Assembly (NCBI GenBank): GCA_010093815.1
Contig: ML996577.1
DNA length: 64,000 bases
Strand: one strand, 5' to 3'
Origin: Pseudovirgaria hyperparasitica
Taxonomy: Eukaryota
In this document: positions 26,401 through 37,749 of the stretch, one piece after another
Layout: the number at the start of each line of letters is the position of its first letter
How positions within the stretch are numbered: position 1 is the first letter of the stretch
Program-made: the position numbers and the translations under genes
Notes under the pieces: model-generated
What the model saw: only the letters and a program-made list of their open reading frames with translations
What the model was told of the DNA's origin: nothing
The model's database searches: none

Positions 26401-27356
26401 GCTGCTCCCCAACCCAGAAAGCAGACGTCGCCATCCTCATCCGCGCCCACACCCGCAAACGCGTCGCATGCATCGGCGACGGCGGCAACGACGTGAGCAT
26501 GATCCAAGCAGCAGATGTCGGCGTCGGTATCGTCGGCAAAGAAGGTCGCCAGGCCTCCCTCGCCGCCGACTTCAGCATCACCCAGTTCGCACACCTCACC
26601 AAGCTCCTCGTCTGGCACGGCAGAAACAGCTACAAACGCTCCGCCAAGCTCTCCCAGTTCGTCATGCACCGCGGCCTCGTCGTCTCCGTGTGCCAGACGC
26701 TCTACAGCATCGCCTCCCGCTTCGCGCCCAACGCGCTCTACCGCGACTGGCTGCTCGTCGGCTACGCAACCGTCTACACGATGATGCCCGTCTTCAGCCT
26801 CACGCTCGACCGCGACGTCGACGAGTCCCTCGCCACCCTCTACCCAGAACTCTACAAGGAACTCACCGCCGGCCGTTCGCTCTCCTACAAGACCTTCTTC
26901 GTCTGGGTCCTCATCAGCACCTACCAGGGCGCCATGATCCAAGGCCTCAGCCAGATCCTCGTCGGCGTCGGCGCCTCCAAAATCTCCTCTGTTGTCGACT
27001 CGGACGACGGCGGAAACAGCGGCGGCGGCGCCGTCACGCAAGCACAGGACCTCACCTTCCGCCGCATGGTCTCCCTCTCCTTCACCGTCCTCATCGTCAA
27101 CGAACTCGTCATGGTTGCGGCTGAGATCACGACCTGGCACCCGGCCATGATCTTCAGTATTCTCGGCACTGCCGCGCTGTATTTTGGCTCCGTCCCCTTT
27201 CTGGGCGAGTACTACGATTTGAGGTTTTTTGTTAGCGTCGGCTTCTTGTGGAGGGCGCTGCTGGTGGCGTGTGTGAGCTTGGTGCCGGTGTATGCGGCGA
27301 AGATTGTGGGGAGGACGTTGCGGCCGCCGAATTATCGCAAGGTTCGCGGTGTGTGA
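23415..27356 (+). CDS. NEO1: P4-type ATPase phospholipid flippase Neo1 (class IIB), intronless
   Basis: TDQLDGETDWKLR, IVPVSLRVNLD, DKTGT phosphorylation site, KGAD, LTGDKVETA and GDGGNDVSMIQ motifs. Confidence 0.95.
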   Translation: MSPPPSYHQPNAPDSPGDDSDSDIALDLDELDPAPATESSPAPRQSTDFHNRPIRLQKFRTGWGRRNRNKPVGTAQEEEDLRGLLTDHVSRPGHNADNASIDTTGEDDAPLLPTHNTRVRDRPTESGLAKLGTRLRLPSFKSNDPLAIGGQDEEDEPAIDHDPASNRTVAVGQVQTSKFPPNAISNAKYTPWSFLPRTLYNEFSFFLNLYFLLVALSQIIPALRIGYLSTYIAPLAFVVSITIGKEAYDDICRRRRDSEANSEPYEVLRFEDYGMADGTSKEKKRKMRKTRGREDASNLSRLSGENEDANSRPTCSVREITKASKDLKVGDIVKMGKDQRVPADMVLLKAYSGDGNQSVESTVSPSPAAVPLIDMDEQGLNRATTTPNVPRAIVEPNGEAFIRTDQLDGETDWKLRLTTPISQSLDIREYTRLRITAGKPDKRVNDFVGTLELTPKSSSEYDAVEGTSSLIQAVALTIDNTAWANTVLASNCTVLAVVVYTGAQTRQALSTSPSRSKTGLLENELNSLTKILALLTLTLSFLLVALQKFEPKDKHVWYISVMRFLILFSTIVPVSLRVNLDLGKSVYARLIEKDQGIPGTVVRTSTIPEDLGRIEYLLSDKTGTLTQNEMEMKKIHVGTVSYANEAMDEVSSYVRQGLVGPNTEQGVLVTPATVSTGPSTASTRARREISARVRDVVLALALCHNVTPTNEEEAGKTVTTYQASSPDEIAIVRWTEAVGVRLLQRDRQSMVLQSVDTGNVLVRVKILNVFPFTSEGKRMGIVVKFLEGTESDARDGGEIWFYQKGADTVMTSIVAANDWLDEETANMAREGLRTLVVGRKKLSQETFNDFATQYTQASISLQSREMAMSRVVSRFLESNLELLGVTGVEDKLQRDVKPSLELLRNAGIKIWMLTGDKVETARCVAVSSKLVARGQYVHTIAKLERKDAALDALEFLASKPDACLLIDGESLALMLTHFRTQFITAAVALPTVVACRCSPTQKADVAILIRAHTRKRVACIGDGGNDVSMIQAADVGVGIVGKEGRQASLAADFSITQFAHLTKLLVWHGRNSYKRSAKLSQFVMHRGLVVSVCQTLYSIASRFAPNALYRDWLLVGYATVYTMMPVFSLTLDRDVDESLATLYPELYKELTAGRSLSYKTFFVWVLISTYQGAMIQGLSQILVGVGASKISSVVDSDDGGNSGGGAVTQAQDLTFRRMVSLSFTVLIVNELVMVAAEITTWHPAMIFSILGTAALYFGSVPFLGEYYDLRFFVSVGFLWRALLVACVSLVPVYAAKIVGRTLRPPNYRKVRGV

Positions 27357-28080
27357 GAGGGCGGAAGATGGACTTTGGAGGGGGGGGGGAATTCATGGGT
27401 GCATTTTGGGTGGCGTTGTGTGTTTGGGAGCGAGTTTGTTTTGCTTCGCTGCTTGTTGCGTGTGTATATATATCTTTGAATGAATGAGATGTGCAGTCTT
27501 GAGATGTTGGGTTGCGTGGATGCGTTTCAATGTGGAGAGAGAGAGAGAGCGCGATGTTCGGCCGCTGGAATATTGATTGATGTACGCTGGCTGACATACC
27601 CGCACATGACAAGACACCGTGCTATGGCATTCATTAAACGTTCAGATATCTCTGAACGGCCACTCATCATACACACATAAAACTTCGAAGCACCAGTCTC
27701 TTACACGCAATAAATATTTGTCCATCTCCATTGAATGTAATGGTCGAGAACATTTCAATTCGGAATCTCTCTTGTTGTTTGTTTGTGTTTCTTCTACTAA
27801 TATACAAGTCCGTTGTTCCAATGTACCGTTATACAAAAGACGTGTCGCCCTTGATGCCCACAACCAAAGCAAAGGGTGGGAGGGGGTGTTTCCCGGATGA
27901 GAAAAGATATGATATCCAGCCCGTCTCTAGATAAGAATATGGAGGGGTTTCATAAAAGCGTTTGTCCAAAATTTGGATTTGGTGCGCCGTGCTAATGCGG
28001 TTTTGTTGGTCTATAGATAGGATGGGTTGTGTTGCCGTCTAGGCTGATTGATTGGTAGTCGAGAATGAGAGTTCCGTCCA

Positions 28081-29406
28081 TCAGGCCGTCTTGTCGACCA
28101 TCTTACTTCCAACAAACTTCTTGTCCTGCAAGTCCTCGACCAGATCGTTGTAGTTGTCCATGTAGTGCTTGTGGATGCGCGGCGCCCACATGCGCATGAC
28201 ATTATGCGCAAACATATCCTTCGTCAGCTCCTTGTGCATCCAGTGGTGACGCAGGAAGACGCCCTTGCAATGCGAGTCCGGGTCCTGCTCTGGATACCCA
28301 TTCGCCTCGGCACAGGGGAGGATCTTGATTTCGTCCTTGTATTCGTACACGACGTAGTTTGAGAAGGCGCTCTGTTCGCGCAGCCTTGTCTGCTTCCACT
28401 TTGCGCAGCCGGGGTAGTGGGATTCCTCGGGGCACTCGGCCCATGCACGGTAAATCTCGTGGGTTTTGGGAATGTTGTTGACGATCATGAAGCCCGAGTT
28501 CTGACCCGGGTTGCCCTTCTCGTCCTTGTCGCGTTCTAGGAGGGACTCGGAGGCGATTGCGATGGAATAGTTTGAGGTTATTTGCCAGTAGTTCATCAGC
28601 CACTCGATTGGAACTTCTGGGTTTGCCATGATGGCGTCGCTGTCGTAGAAGACGACGTAGTCGTGGTTCTTGAGTGCATATTCCATCATCAAGACCTTGC
28701 CCCAGGCATCGTGTCGGTCCTCATATCTGGGGGCTCGGAGCATCAAATAATCGTAGCCGTGGATGACAGCTAAAGCTCGAGTATCAGCAAATTGTTCATA
28801 TTCAGGAGGGTGCTGTGTCAAAGACGCCACTCACAATACATGTAGTGTCCAATGATTCCGGCTGAAAGATGCTTGACCGTATTCCAATCCCATTCCTTCT
28901 TTGTGTTGAAGAGTTCGCCTTCTCCATCATACGGCCTTGTGTCGACATCCAAAATGAGTAGACGCTTTCCAAGCTTCTCCTTGATGAACGGCTCCGCAGG
29001 CAGTTTGTGTAAGTCTCCATCCTGATCAACAAATTCGGGCGCAGTAATGTCCAGCTTCTGCGGCTCCCACAGCTGCCGAATGAGCTCGTCGAATGGAAGG
29101 GTCGGGTGGGGTGTGTCCACAGCGCCGTTGTTCGGACTTGGTACCTGACCAGCTGGGATAGGCGTATTAGACTGCGTAGAATGGCTATGAAGAATTAGGA
29201 CAAAGCATTCGACAAGCGGCAGTTAGCCATGTATCAACACACCTATCGGGTATAATGCCGCCTACGAAGACGGAGCCAAAGAAGAGATATATGACGACTA
29301 AGAATGTGGCAACCATTCCGAAGGTCCATGATTTACGCCATCTGCTGAAGATGGTGGCCATGCTGGATTGGCCTCCAAGTAAGGTATATCGGTGCTCTGC
29401 GAACAT
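28081..29406 (-). CDS. Type II membrane glycosyltransferase, GT34 (Mnn10/Gma12)-like; introns about 29185..29242 and 28770..28834
   Basis: N-terminal TM helix, ILDVDTR, spliced HYMYSVIHGYDY, WGKV, VFYDSDA (DxD), NSGF, EQSAF and EANGYP motifs. Confidence 0.75.
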
Positions 29407-31499
29407 GGTGAAGGAGTGTGAAGGGTGAAGGGTGAACGGGTGCAAAGATGGCAAGGCCACCCCTTAGCTGTCAATGCGACGTGAAAGTAGTTGTGATCAG
29501 ACTCAGGTCGGGACGAGGTCGCACAAGGAAAGCAACAGAAGCAAGGCTGTCTTATTCAAGCATAGTAGTATGAATGGTCCAGGAAGTGATCGGCGAGGAT
29601 GCGGTAATTAGAAGTGGAAGGGTGGGATGGTCGTTACCGGCAGAGTGATGTTAGGGTTGAAGACGGACTTGAATGGCAACGAAAGACAAAGGGGGAAAAA
29701 GGGTTGTACGTGAGCGGCGTCAGGGCTGTGCGACGCAGGACAGTCGGAACAATCATATATTATTATTAACAAGTCAGTGGTGGAGTGGCGTCAAGTAGTG
29801 CGGCAACATGTAGATCTTGTTTCGAGTGTTGGTTCACACTCCATTCCAGACATATCCCTGCCCATCAAACACACGGATGCTTGGTTTCGCTGAATAAGTA
29901 CCATTGTAGTGGGCACTGGGCAGCTAGAACGGGGCGTGTGCAGCGGAATGGCGGCTAGATGAACTGCGCCCGGGCGCCGATGTGGGCAGTTTCGGGGGGG
30001 CTTTGTTGCTTGTTTTGCTTGGTGCTGCGGCGGATGGTGGATCGCGGATTACTACTATGGAATTAGCTGCTCCTCTAGTCCTACTGTACCTCCTTGTTCT
30101 TGTGTAGGCGCCCACTACCCACTACTGGCTGGCCTGTTATTAGGCTGCGCTACCTGCTGCTGGGTCCACCTAGGGCCTGCCCGGGCTAAGGAGGCACAGT
30201 AGTAAGTAATTATGGTACAGTACAGTCACGCTCACTCATCGTCGCGCTGGTCAAGTAAGTTCAACCTTCGTTCGCGGCTTCGACCAGAATCCTGGTGAAG
30301 GTTTGCCATACTGTACTCCCTTGGTCGCCGTAAGCCGTAAGTCGACTCTATGCCCGTCGTGGCCCGCAAAATAAGCATCCAACACCATGGCATCCACACC
30401 GGACGACGACCCACGGCGAAGGGTTAAGAATAGAGGCACAGCCATACGTATATATATATACATACATGCCTGTACCTAGCATTCAAAATTATAGCCCCGG
30501 TCGAACGCAAGTATCCTAGCATACCATAACACATGATGTATCCACTTTCCTTCCTCTCCTCCTCAGCAGGGCGCAGTCGCTCGTCCAAAGTCTCGTTGTT
30601 ACACTGTCAGTATCGTCTTCGCCCTTCATACACATCAAGTAGAGAGAGCCCAGGCGCTGCCCAGAAACTTTACGATAAGCCTTTTTGCCCGCTGGCCTCG
30701 ACTGTTCTTCTACAGCATATTCTAGAATCCCGGTCGGCTGCGGGAGCTCGCGGAACTATTATGCTCGTCTGGAATCTACCGTGGCCGGCCAGACGACACA
30801 GCGCATGATATCACACTTCTCCTGAACCATCACAATCTCCCGGTCGCCTACATCGTATAAATCGCTATCCACATCCATCATCGTCATTGGCTTTTTTATT
30901 CAAGGCCCATATCTCTCTGCACTTGCAGCGAAACTCGTATCCACTAATCGTCAAGCACACCACCTCATGCTCATGCTCATTGCGAAACAGCAGTCACATT
31001 TACTATATGAATTCCGTTCTCACGCGCGCGCTTCTGCTGTGTTACCACCCCCCAGCCTCATCCTTCAGCACCGCACACAACATCTGCCTACTAACATCCC
31101 AATCGCCTTACAAAGACTGCATTAGCGTGACGACAGCATCGCGACGACTTCCTCAACGGCATGTCCGACATGGCGCCTACTATTTGCTAGGCAGTGGTAC
31201 CACCCGTCACCTTGGGTCCTCGGGCAGGTGGTGGCGCGTAATATCACTGCGTCTAGACCCCTAAATCTTCTCCTCTGTGCACATGCCGTGGAGTCTTTCC
31301 GAACTTTGTTTTCCCCATTGTTCGGATGTATGAGAAGTTTTTATTTCCATAATATCTACTGTATCGCATCTCTCAGTAAGCGACTGTATGATTAGAACAT
31401 ATTAAGGAGATGGTAGCGCTGCATTGCTCGCGCTGTTGCGCCCTGAGTTTGTAGGTGTCGAATGCCGTTCGCACATTGGCGCCTCAATGGATGGCATTC

Positions 31500-32224
31500 A
31501 CACGATGGTAGGTTGATCGCCATGTTCATCTTTCAAGGCACTTTTCTCCTCCTCGTTCCAGCTTCTTGTCAACGGTCCGATCAGAGCATTTCGTTCCGCT
31601 GTCGACAAATCAGTTCCCGTGGTAGTCTATCCATGCACGTTGTGTTACTGTATGCGACTACAAGGAGCTGGCCTACCCTTCCCATATCGTCGTGCCTTCT
31701 CATGAGATCTTGGCGATTACTCTTTCTTGAGGTCACGATATCCGTCCTTAAAGTCGCCGTACTCTTTCTTGACGTCCTCATACTCTTCTCTGAGCTCATC
31801 AAGCACGTCCAAGCGTCCATCTTCCAACGCGCTCACAGCTCGATGTAAAGTAGCCACAAGCCATTCCCAAATGCTCTACTTCTTTCTTCATCTCTCTAGC
31901 CGTTAGAAGAAGCCACTGGCTATGATAACAACCAGCACGTCAATGTTCATCAAGCTGAATCACATGCTGCTGCAACATCTTGACACAAGCCGAAAGTGCA
32001 ACAATGATCTTCGGAACATATATCTATCTCTGTGCTTAACCTCAGACAATAGAAATCGTGTCACAAATGGTCTACATGGCTGTGCTGGAGTCCACTCTTC
32101 TTGAAGTGTTGTAAGTCAAGTAGGCAAATTCAGGCCCGATTCGATCATTCTGCGAATCTTTGCTCACATGCTCCGCTGTAGTTATTGCAACTATGACGCT
32201 GGAAGCAACACTGAGACCATCCAT
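31500..32224 (-). pseudogene. Degraded gene for a fungal STAND N-terminal (HeLo-like/SesA-type) helical domain followed by a coiled-coil; several frameshifts and stops
   Basis: ATG 32224 reads MDGLSVASSVIVAITTAEHVSK, the typical MDxLSVAASxIA start of this family. Pieces in shifting frames follow: IRRMIESGLNLPT*LTTLQEE; QWLLLTAREMKKEVEHL; ATLHRAVSALEDGRLDVLDELREEYEDVKKEYGDFKDGYRDLKKE*. Confidence 0.45.
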
Positions 32225-32789
32225 TTCTGCTGAAAGAGAATCTCGAAGGAGATTCTTATCAGTGGACAGCAACTAGTAGGTCACCTACGGCTGATGACTA
32301 CCACCCAGCTGAAAGAGAAGATGGACATATGGACACGGTCATGTGATGTGGTTGATATCATGCTATAGAAAGTCGTCATTTGTGGCCTTCAGTTTCAAGA
32401 ATGAGGCAAGAATGGGATACAGATGCACAGGCCTGAGATCCGGATCAGCGGTAGGCTATCCAAAGAATTTAAGCGTTCGTGTTGGTCGGCAGGACGAACG
32501 CTGGCTCACATAGAGCGCAACATGCATGTGAGACGAGGCCGATCAACAGCTAATGAAATCTCATATAACACCTTCTAGTTACAGGAAACCCTGGCCAGCA
32601 AATCCCCCAACCCCCAAAAGTCAAACTCCAGAATACGCACCATGAGACTCCATAATGGGTATCTCCGAGAGACAGTGTAACGCCCTGCCACCAACATGGG
32701 AATCCAAGACCATGCTTGTCTCGAGACCTTGCCCAAGGTCAATGAGAAGCTGCTCCACCTGCCACTTGCGCCGGACTAGGCTCGGACGG

Positions 32790-33665
32790 CTACTTCAGGG
32801 TGCCATTGTTGATCTTGGATATCGTGTTGATGACAGCAATGTTGGAGGCAGTTATGTTCTTGTTCATCCTTTCTACCTCCTCGCTGGCTTCGGCGATAGC
32901 TTTGGCCTGTGTCTGAACGACTGACTTGTACGGCTCCGGCAGTGTCGCGATCGCCGCGTCCATGAGCGGTACAAAGGGGAAATCGCGGTCCGGCTCCTTG
33001 TCTAATCCCTTGTTGAAGGCAGACTCCAGCTTCTCCTTAATGATCACTTGTCTTTGCGTTTGAGATACCGCACCAGCAGAACTTTCAGAAGGCTTAGGAG
33101 CAAGTCTCTCCAGGATATCAAGAATGGTGTTCTCGAACAGCGTCCAGTGTGAGACATGGGCAACACCCTTGCGCTTGCATACGATGCGGACATTGTCGAA
33201 GCGGTAGAATTCCTTGGAGCAGCGGACCAAGATCTTCTTTGACTCTGCGAAGATGCCAAGCTCGAGCAGGGAGATGGGCGATTTGGACTTGTCGTGCAGA
33301 TTCATGACAATCAGATCGACCTTCTCGAGCGCATCGAGCTCCCAGTCAACCTGGCTCTGGAGGTCAAAAGCTGCTTTCTTCTTCTGCCTGAGGTCAAACT
33401 CCTCCTTAGTCTCGTCAGCCCTCTGCTTTTCGTCCACTTTGTTCACCCAGAACTCGGTACGAGGGGTGAGAATGTGAATCATCCGATTCGGGTGTTTCTT
33501 GAAGATTTGATCTGTGAGGTACCCTTGCCAATCTGGAGCGCTTCCCATATCGATGGTACCAGCAAGGAATATCTTGAAAGAACGATCATCGTAGTGCGGC
33601 TTATCAAAGGCTGCAGTCACCTTGTGGAGCTTGTTGCCGCCATAGTTGTCCGTGGTTTCTGCCAT
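32790..33665 (-). CDS. Nucleoside 2-deoxyribosyltransferase-like protein (Nuc_deoxyri_tr2 type) with a roughly 100-aa helical C-terminal extension, intronless
   Basis: IFLAGTIDMGSAPDWQ, (N/T)PR, QVDWELDALEKVDLI, SPISLLELG and FYRFDNVRIVC motifs. Confidence 0.8.
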   Translation of the reverse strand: MAETTDNYGGNKLHKVTAAFDKPHYDDRSFKIFLAGTIDMGSAPDWQGYLTDQIFKKHPNRMIHILTPRTEFWVNKVDEKQRADETKEEFDLRQKKKAAFDLQSQVDWELDALEKVDLIVMNLHDKSKSPISLLELGIFAESKKILVRCSKEFYRFDNVRIVCKRKGVAHVSHWTLFENTILDILERLAPKPSESSAGAVSQTQRQVIIKEKLESAFNKGLDKEPDRDFPFVPLMDAAIATLPEPYKSVVQTQAKAIAEASEEVERMNKNITASNIAVINTISKINNGTLK

Positions 33666-35076
33666 GTCTGAGCGTGTAGTAGCTTATATAGATGTTGATG
33701 AGTGAGCTTATGTTATTGACCTTGAAAGGTGTAATCTGTAGAAGAGCAATCAATGTATGTATGATGAATCCGAGTAAAGTCGCGCGTGGGTGAGCAGCTA
33801 TAAGTAGACCGATATTGGACTCTTCCACAGTGCTCCACGTGGTAAGTGAATGTAGGTGCCTTGCAGGATGTGCCTGACGAGCTAGTATGAGGCTGAGGCG
33901 AGACGTGAAAGGGCAGTTTGTGGATCGTGATGGTCGCTGGCGGCTATGCGAGGGGCACGCGCTTCAAGGTTACAGGGCTGTGTGCGACAGAAGTAATGGA
34001 TATGTTGATACTGAGTTACAATATCAGGGCAAGAGGCCGCTCTTATAAGCCATCAGGGTAAATCCGTTAACAGTGACATGAAGATGGGTGCGGAAGATTG
34101 TATACTTTGATTGCCCCGCTAAGGAACACAGAGAGCGGCTGTGCAGCTATCTACGACTAATTAGGGTTTTCTAGACTCCTACCTGGAATAGACGCAATCG
34201 GCCTGTCAGAATCAAGCGCGGATTAGCTAAACTTAAAGCAGGAGATGGATGTCTGTGTAACATGAAACACGAGGCATCAAGAACCTGCTGTCCGAGTCTA
34301 TTGCCGCATTCGGCGGTGCGTTGACTGCTGAAATGATAGTCTTCTGGACTGCTAGATTGCTGCAATTGCTTCCTAGTCCCACCAACTTCAGGACGAGCAG
34401 TCTACAGACTGAATGTTCCGCAGTCCGACATCCATCTATCGACAAGGAGGATGCCACCTCAGGCAACCACCGTAGGCGCGCGCCATGATTAGTACCTAAT
34501 GACCGTTGGGAGTGACTAGTGGCAGCCGATTGGAATGCGGAGTGACACGATTCACAGTGACCATTCTCTAGGTTAGACATGTTGGAATATACCGCTCTGT
34601 AGGAACTATGAACTATGAAGTCAGCCCGCAGGCTGCAGATAATGTACCCTGTAAGACAACAGCAGAGACAAAGGCGCAGAGTGAGAAGCACAGGCATGTC
34701 ACCGCCGTGAGAGCGTCATATGAGTCAAGGAGTGAAAGGATTCTTCCTTCCAATGAATGAACAATGGTAAACCACGGCCCTGTCAACAGGTATGTTATGG
34801 CTCCGAGCTTGGGATTCCTTCGCTCTCTTTAAGAGACGCAACAATGCCCTGGGAATACCTTAGGTAATTCCTAGGTATGGGCTGATTTTCTGCGCTTAGT
34901 CACCTGTCTAATTTCCAATCTAGCCGTCTTTGCCGAGCTATGAAAGTTCAAATGGCGTCACGACGACGATAGAGGTTCTTGTGTTTATATTAGCTCGCGT
35001 GCGCCACTGTAGGTTATGCACTACAACTGATCTCGTCGTCCCCAATACTTGCTTCGGTCGATCCTTTGTCATAATT

Positions 35077-36021
35077 ATGAAGGTCCTTACAAAGGAAGAG
35101 GAGCAGGCTCATTATCGGTATGTATTGCACGTTATGCACGCCCGGCATCCTGCAGGCGCTGACCCAACGATAGCTCTGTTGTGTCGGGAGGCCTCAAAGG
35201 AGCAACATGGGGTCTGGCAGTAGGAGCCGGAGGTGTCTGGGCCGCGTCACGACGATTCCCCATGTTTCGTCAAGCCACTCTACCGCTGAAAGCATTCCTC
35301 GCCATGTCGAGCAGTACGTTCGCTGCCATCATTGAAGCCGATCGGGCGTCCACTGCGTTCGATATTGCACACAACCCGGATAGACGACGGTATCAGGAAG
35401 AACTGCAAGAGCAAGAAGTCGAGTACGAACGTACACACACATTACAACAAAAGATCAAAGACTGGGGCCGCGAAAACAGATACCAGATTGTCTTCGGCTC
35501 ATGGGTCGCTTCAATGGGGGTGGCATTCGGTCTTGTCAGCAGAAATCCGTATCTTTCTGGTGCCCAGAAGCTTGTACAAGCGCGTGTGTATGCCCAAGGT
35601 CTCACACTCGCCGTCCTCTTTGCCTCTTTTGCAGTCGAGGCCAATGATGCAAATAAGGGCAAGGGTCGCTGGGAAACAGTCAAGATCATTGATCCTGAAG
35701 ATCCCACTCACAAGAGAATGATCGAGAAGAAGGTACATCACGAACGATATGAAGGCGAGGATCAATGGATGGGTAAGCAGTTATGAACACCATTTCTTGC
35801 GCTATGCTAAATTTTTTTTAACAGAAATGGTCGAGGCTGAAGAAGCGAGGCTGAAAGAAAGAGAAGAGCAGAAGAAGGCCAAGCAATCAGAGAAAGACAC
35901 CAAATCAAAAGACAGAAAGGGAAAGAAAGACGAAAAGTCAGATGCGGAGAAGGAGACAGACAATAGCAACGTGAATGGCGACAAGAGTCAAAAAAGAGGC
36001 GAGACCGGCAAGTCAGAATAA
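35077..36021 (+). CDS. RCF2: Respiratory supercomplex factor 2 (HIG1 domain); introns 35118..35173 and 35773..35824
   Basis: MKVLTKEEEQAHY start, ENRYQIVFGSW and AQKLVQARVYAQGLT motifs. Confidence 0.88.
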
Positions 36022-37227
36022 ATTATCACTACCCGATACGAATACCGACTCTCCTACATCGCTCCAAAACCGTTTATGACCCCATTGTTATTACTATTAA
36101 CGTTAGCTCTGGCGACAACTCACGACTCATCATTTAGATACGAATTATAGACTGTTCTGGTTGCCTCAGGTACGTGGAGACATTCTCGACTGTAACATAC
36201 GCTTTCATACCACTAGTGGAAGTCAACACTATGTATATACGCCATTATCTTGTAGATATGCCATGCTGCACAACCCGCAATTATCGTACAGATGTATCGG
36301 GTGAAATATAGATTTCTGCTTCAAACTGTCGCGTTAAGAGTCTTTATCAAATTTGCTTGTCAGAATTACGAGCTTGTGCAAGATCTCGATCTGATTGCCA
36401 AGGCGTATCTTGAGCCCCGCCATGTTGCGCTAAGGACGGTGCAATGGCATGGCGGGGAAAGACCAACATGAGCTGCGCAATGTAAGGAGACTTATCTCGT
36501 TACAATGAGACAGTAACGAGGACTGAGTATTACTTCCGGTGCTACCAACCTTGTCATCGGCTGACAGAAGACAAGGATATTGGACAGTACTACGTGCCGT
36601 GCGCCGGTCTCATCAGGAAGTAGACTCTATTGGGATTCGCAACAGACCAGTACAGAATATATCAAGATGTCAGCAACCTCGTTTGATAGGATATTTTACC
36701 ATGTGAACATGAGCAAGAGGATGGTGCATTCTCTTGAACGGTGAACCATAACCGTTCCCCGCAATCGTCACACAATGCTCAACTCGTGATAGCCGGGGCT
36801 TCGGATCTACTAGACTGACCAATCATTGCACGTCCGAATCTGCCCGTCATCCTGCATCTCATGCTGCATGTTACTCGAGCGAAAACCTTCACACACCCCG
36901 GCGCCTTATAACATCAGCCTAGACCTACAAAATATCCTTGTGTCACTGACATCTTGTGGGAACCTCCTAATCGCCAGCATCATCCCCACACAGCGACTTA
37001 CCTACCACAACATCATACTGCGCATCCGGCACAATCATCGTCACCGACACCTCACAGTTCGTCACAGCTTCACTATCTGGCCGAAGGTCTACCTTGCTGG
37101 TCCCGGGCCATAGTTCTGCCAGGAGAGAAAGAATCAAGTCGCGGTCCGACGAGGCTCAAGTAGGAACAAGACGATCTTCCTACCTCTGACAACATCATAC
37201 CTTACGAATTTCCGAATCGTCGCTCCA

Positions 37228-37749
37228 ATGACGAGCAACAGGCCATTCATGGCCAACTTCTTCGCCGCCTTCAGGGCACAATCAGTCATACAAAAGACGG
37301 CAACGTCCAGTACCAACGCTTCTGCAAATGTCTCAGCATCCACATACACTCACGCAGCCTCACTACACACGTCATCGAACTCTCCCTCTCCAAACGCATC
37401 CTCAAACCCACGACCGATACATGGCAAGAATGGTAACCAAAGTTCGGGCGCCACAACCGCAGCCGTACAAGCGGCAGGTCAGTTCCGACCAACAAGAGAA
37501 CACGGCCCTTCTCCATATTCACCAACATCAAATTCGCCAGCATCTACGGGTTTCCCACTCAAGAGCTCAGCAAACAAACCACGGCGAGGATCGGATAGCT
37601 CCTCTGAGGGTTTCCGGGAGACGATGGGGGCAGACAAATGGTACATAGGTGGACGAACGGCCAACGGAGAAGAGAAATTCTATCGTTTGGGGATGGTCAA
37701 GAAAAACAGGAGCATAGACCGGCTAAGCATTGACAGGCTGAGCATATGA
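37228..37749 (+). CDS. Small Ser/Thr-rich hypothetical protein (173 aa)
   Basis: Clean ORF with a low-complexity middle and motif-like ends (RPFMANFFAAFR; RRGSDSSSEGF...WYIGGR...EKFYRLG...DRLSIDRLSI). Confidence 0.65.
   Translation: MTSNRPFMANFFAAFRAQSVIQKTATSSTNASANVSASTYTHAASLHTSSNSPSPNASSNPRPIHGKNGNQSSGATTAAVQAAGQFRPTREHGPSPYSPTSNSPASTGFPLKSSANKPRRGSDSSSEGFRETMGADKWYIGGRTANGEEKFYRLGMVKKNRSIDRLSIDRLSI

Noticed and set aside
26098..27169. Long alternative-frame and antisense ORFs (278, 242 and 132 aa) inside NEO1
   Set aside because: Explained by the extreme C-ending codon bias of the real gene; the translations are low-complexity.
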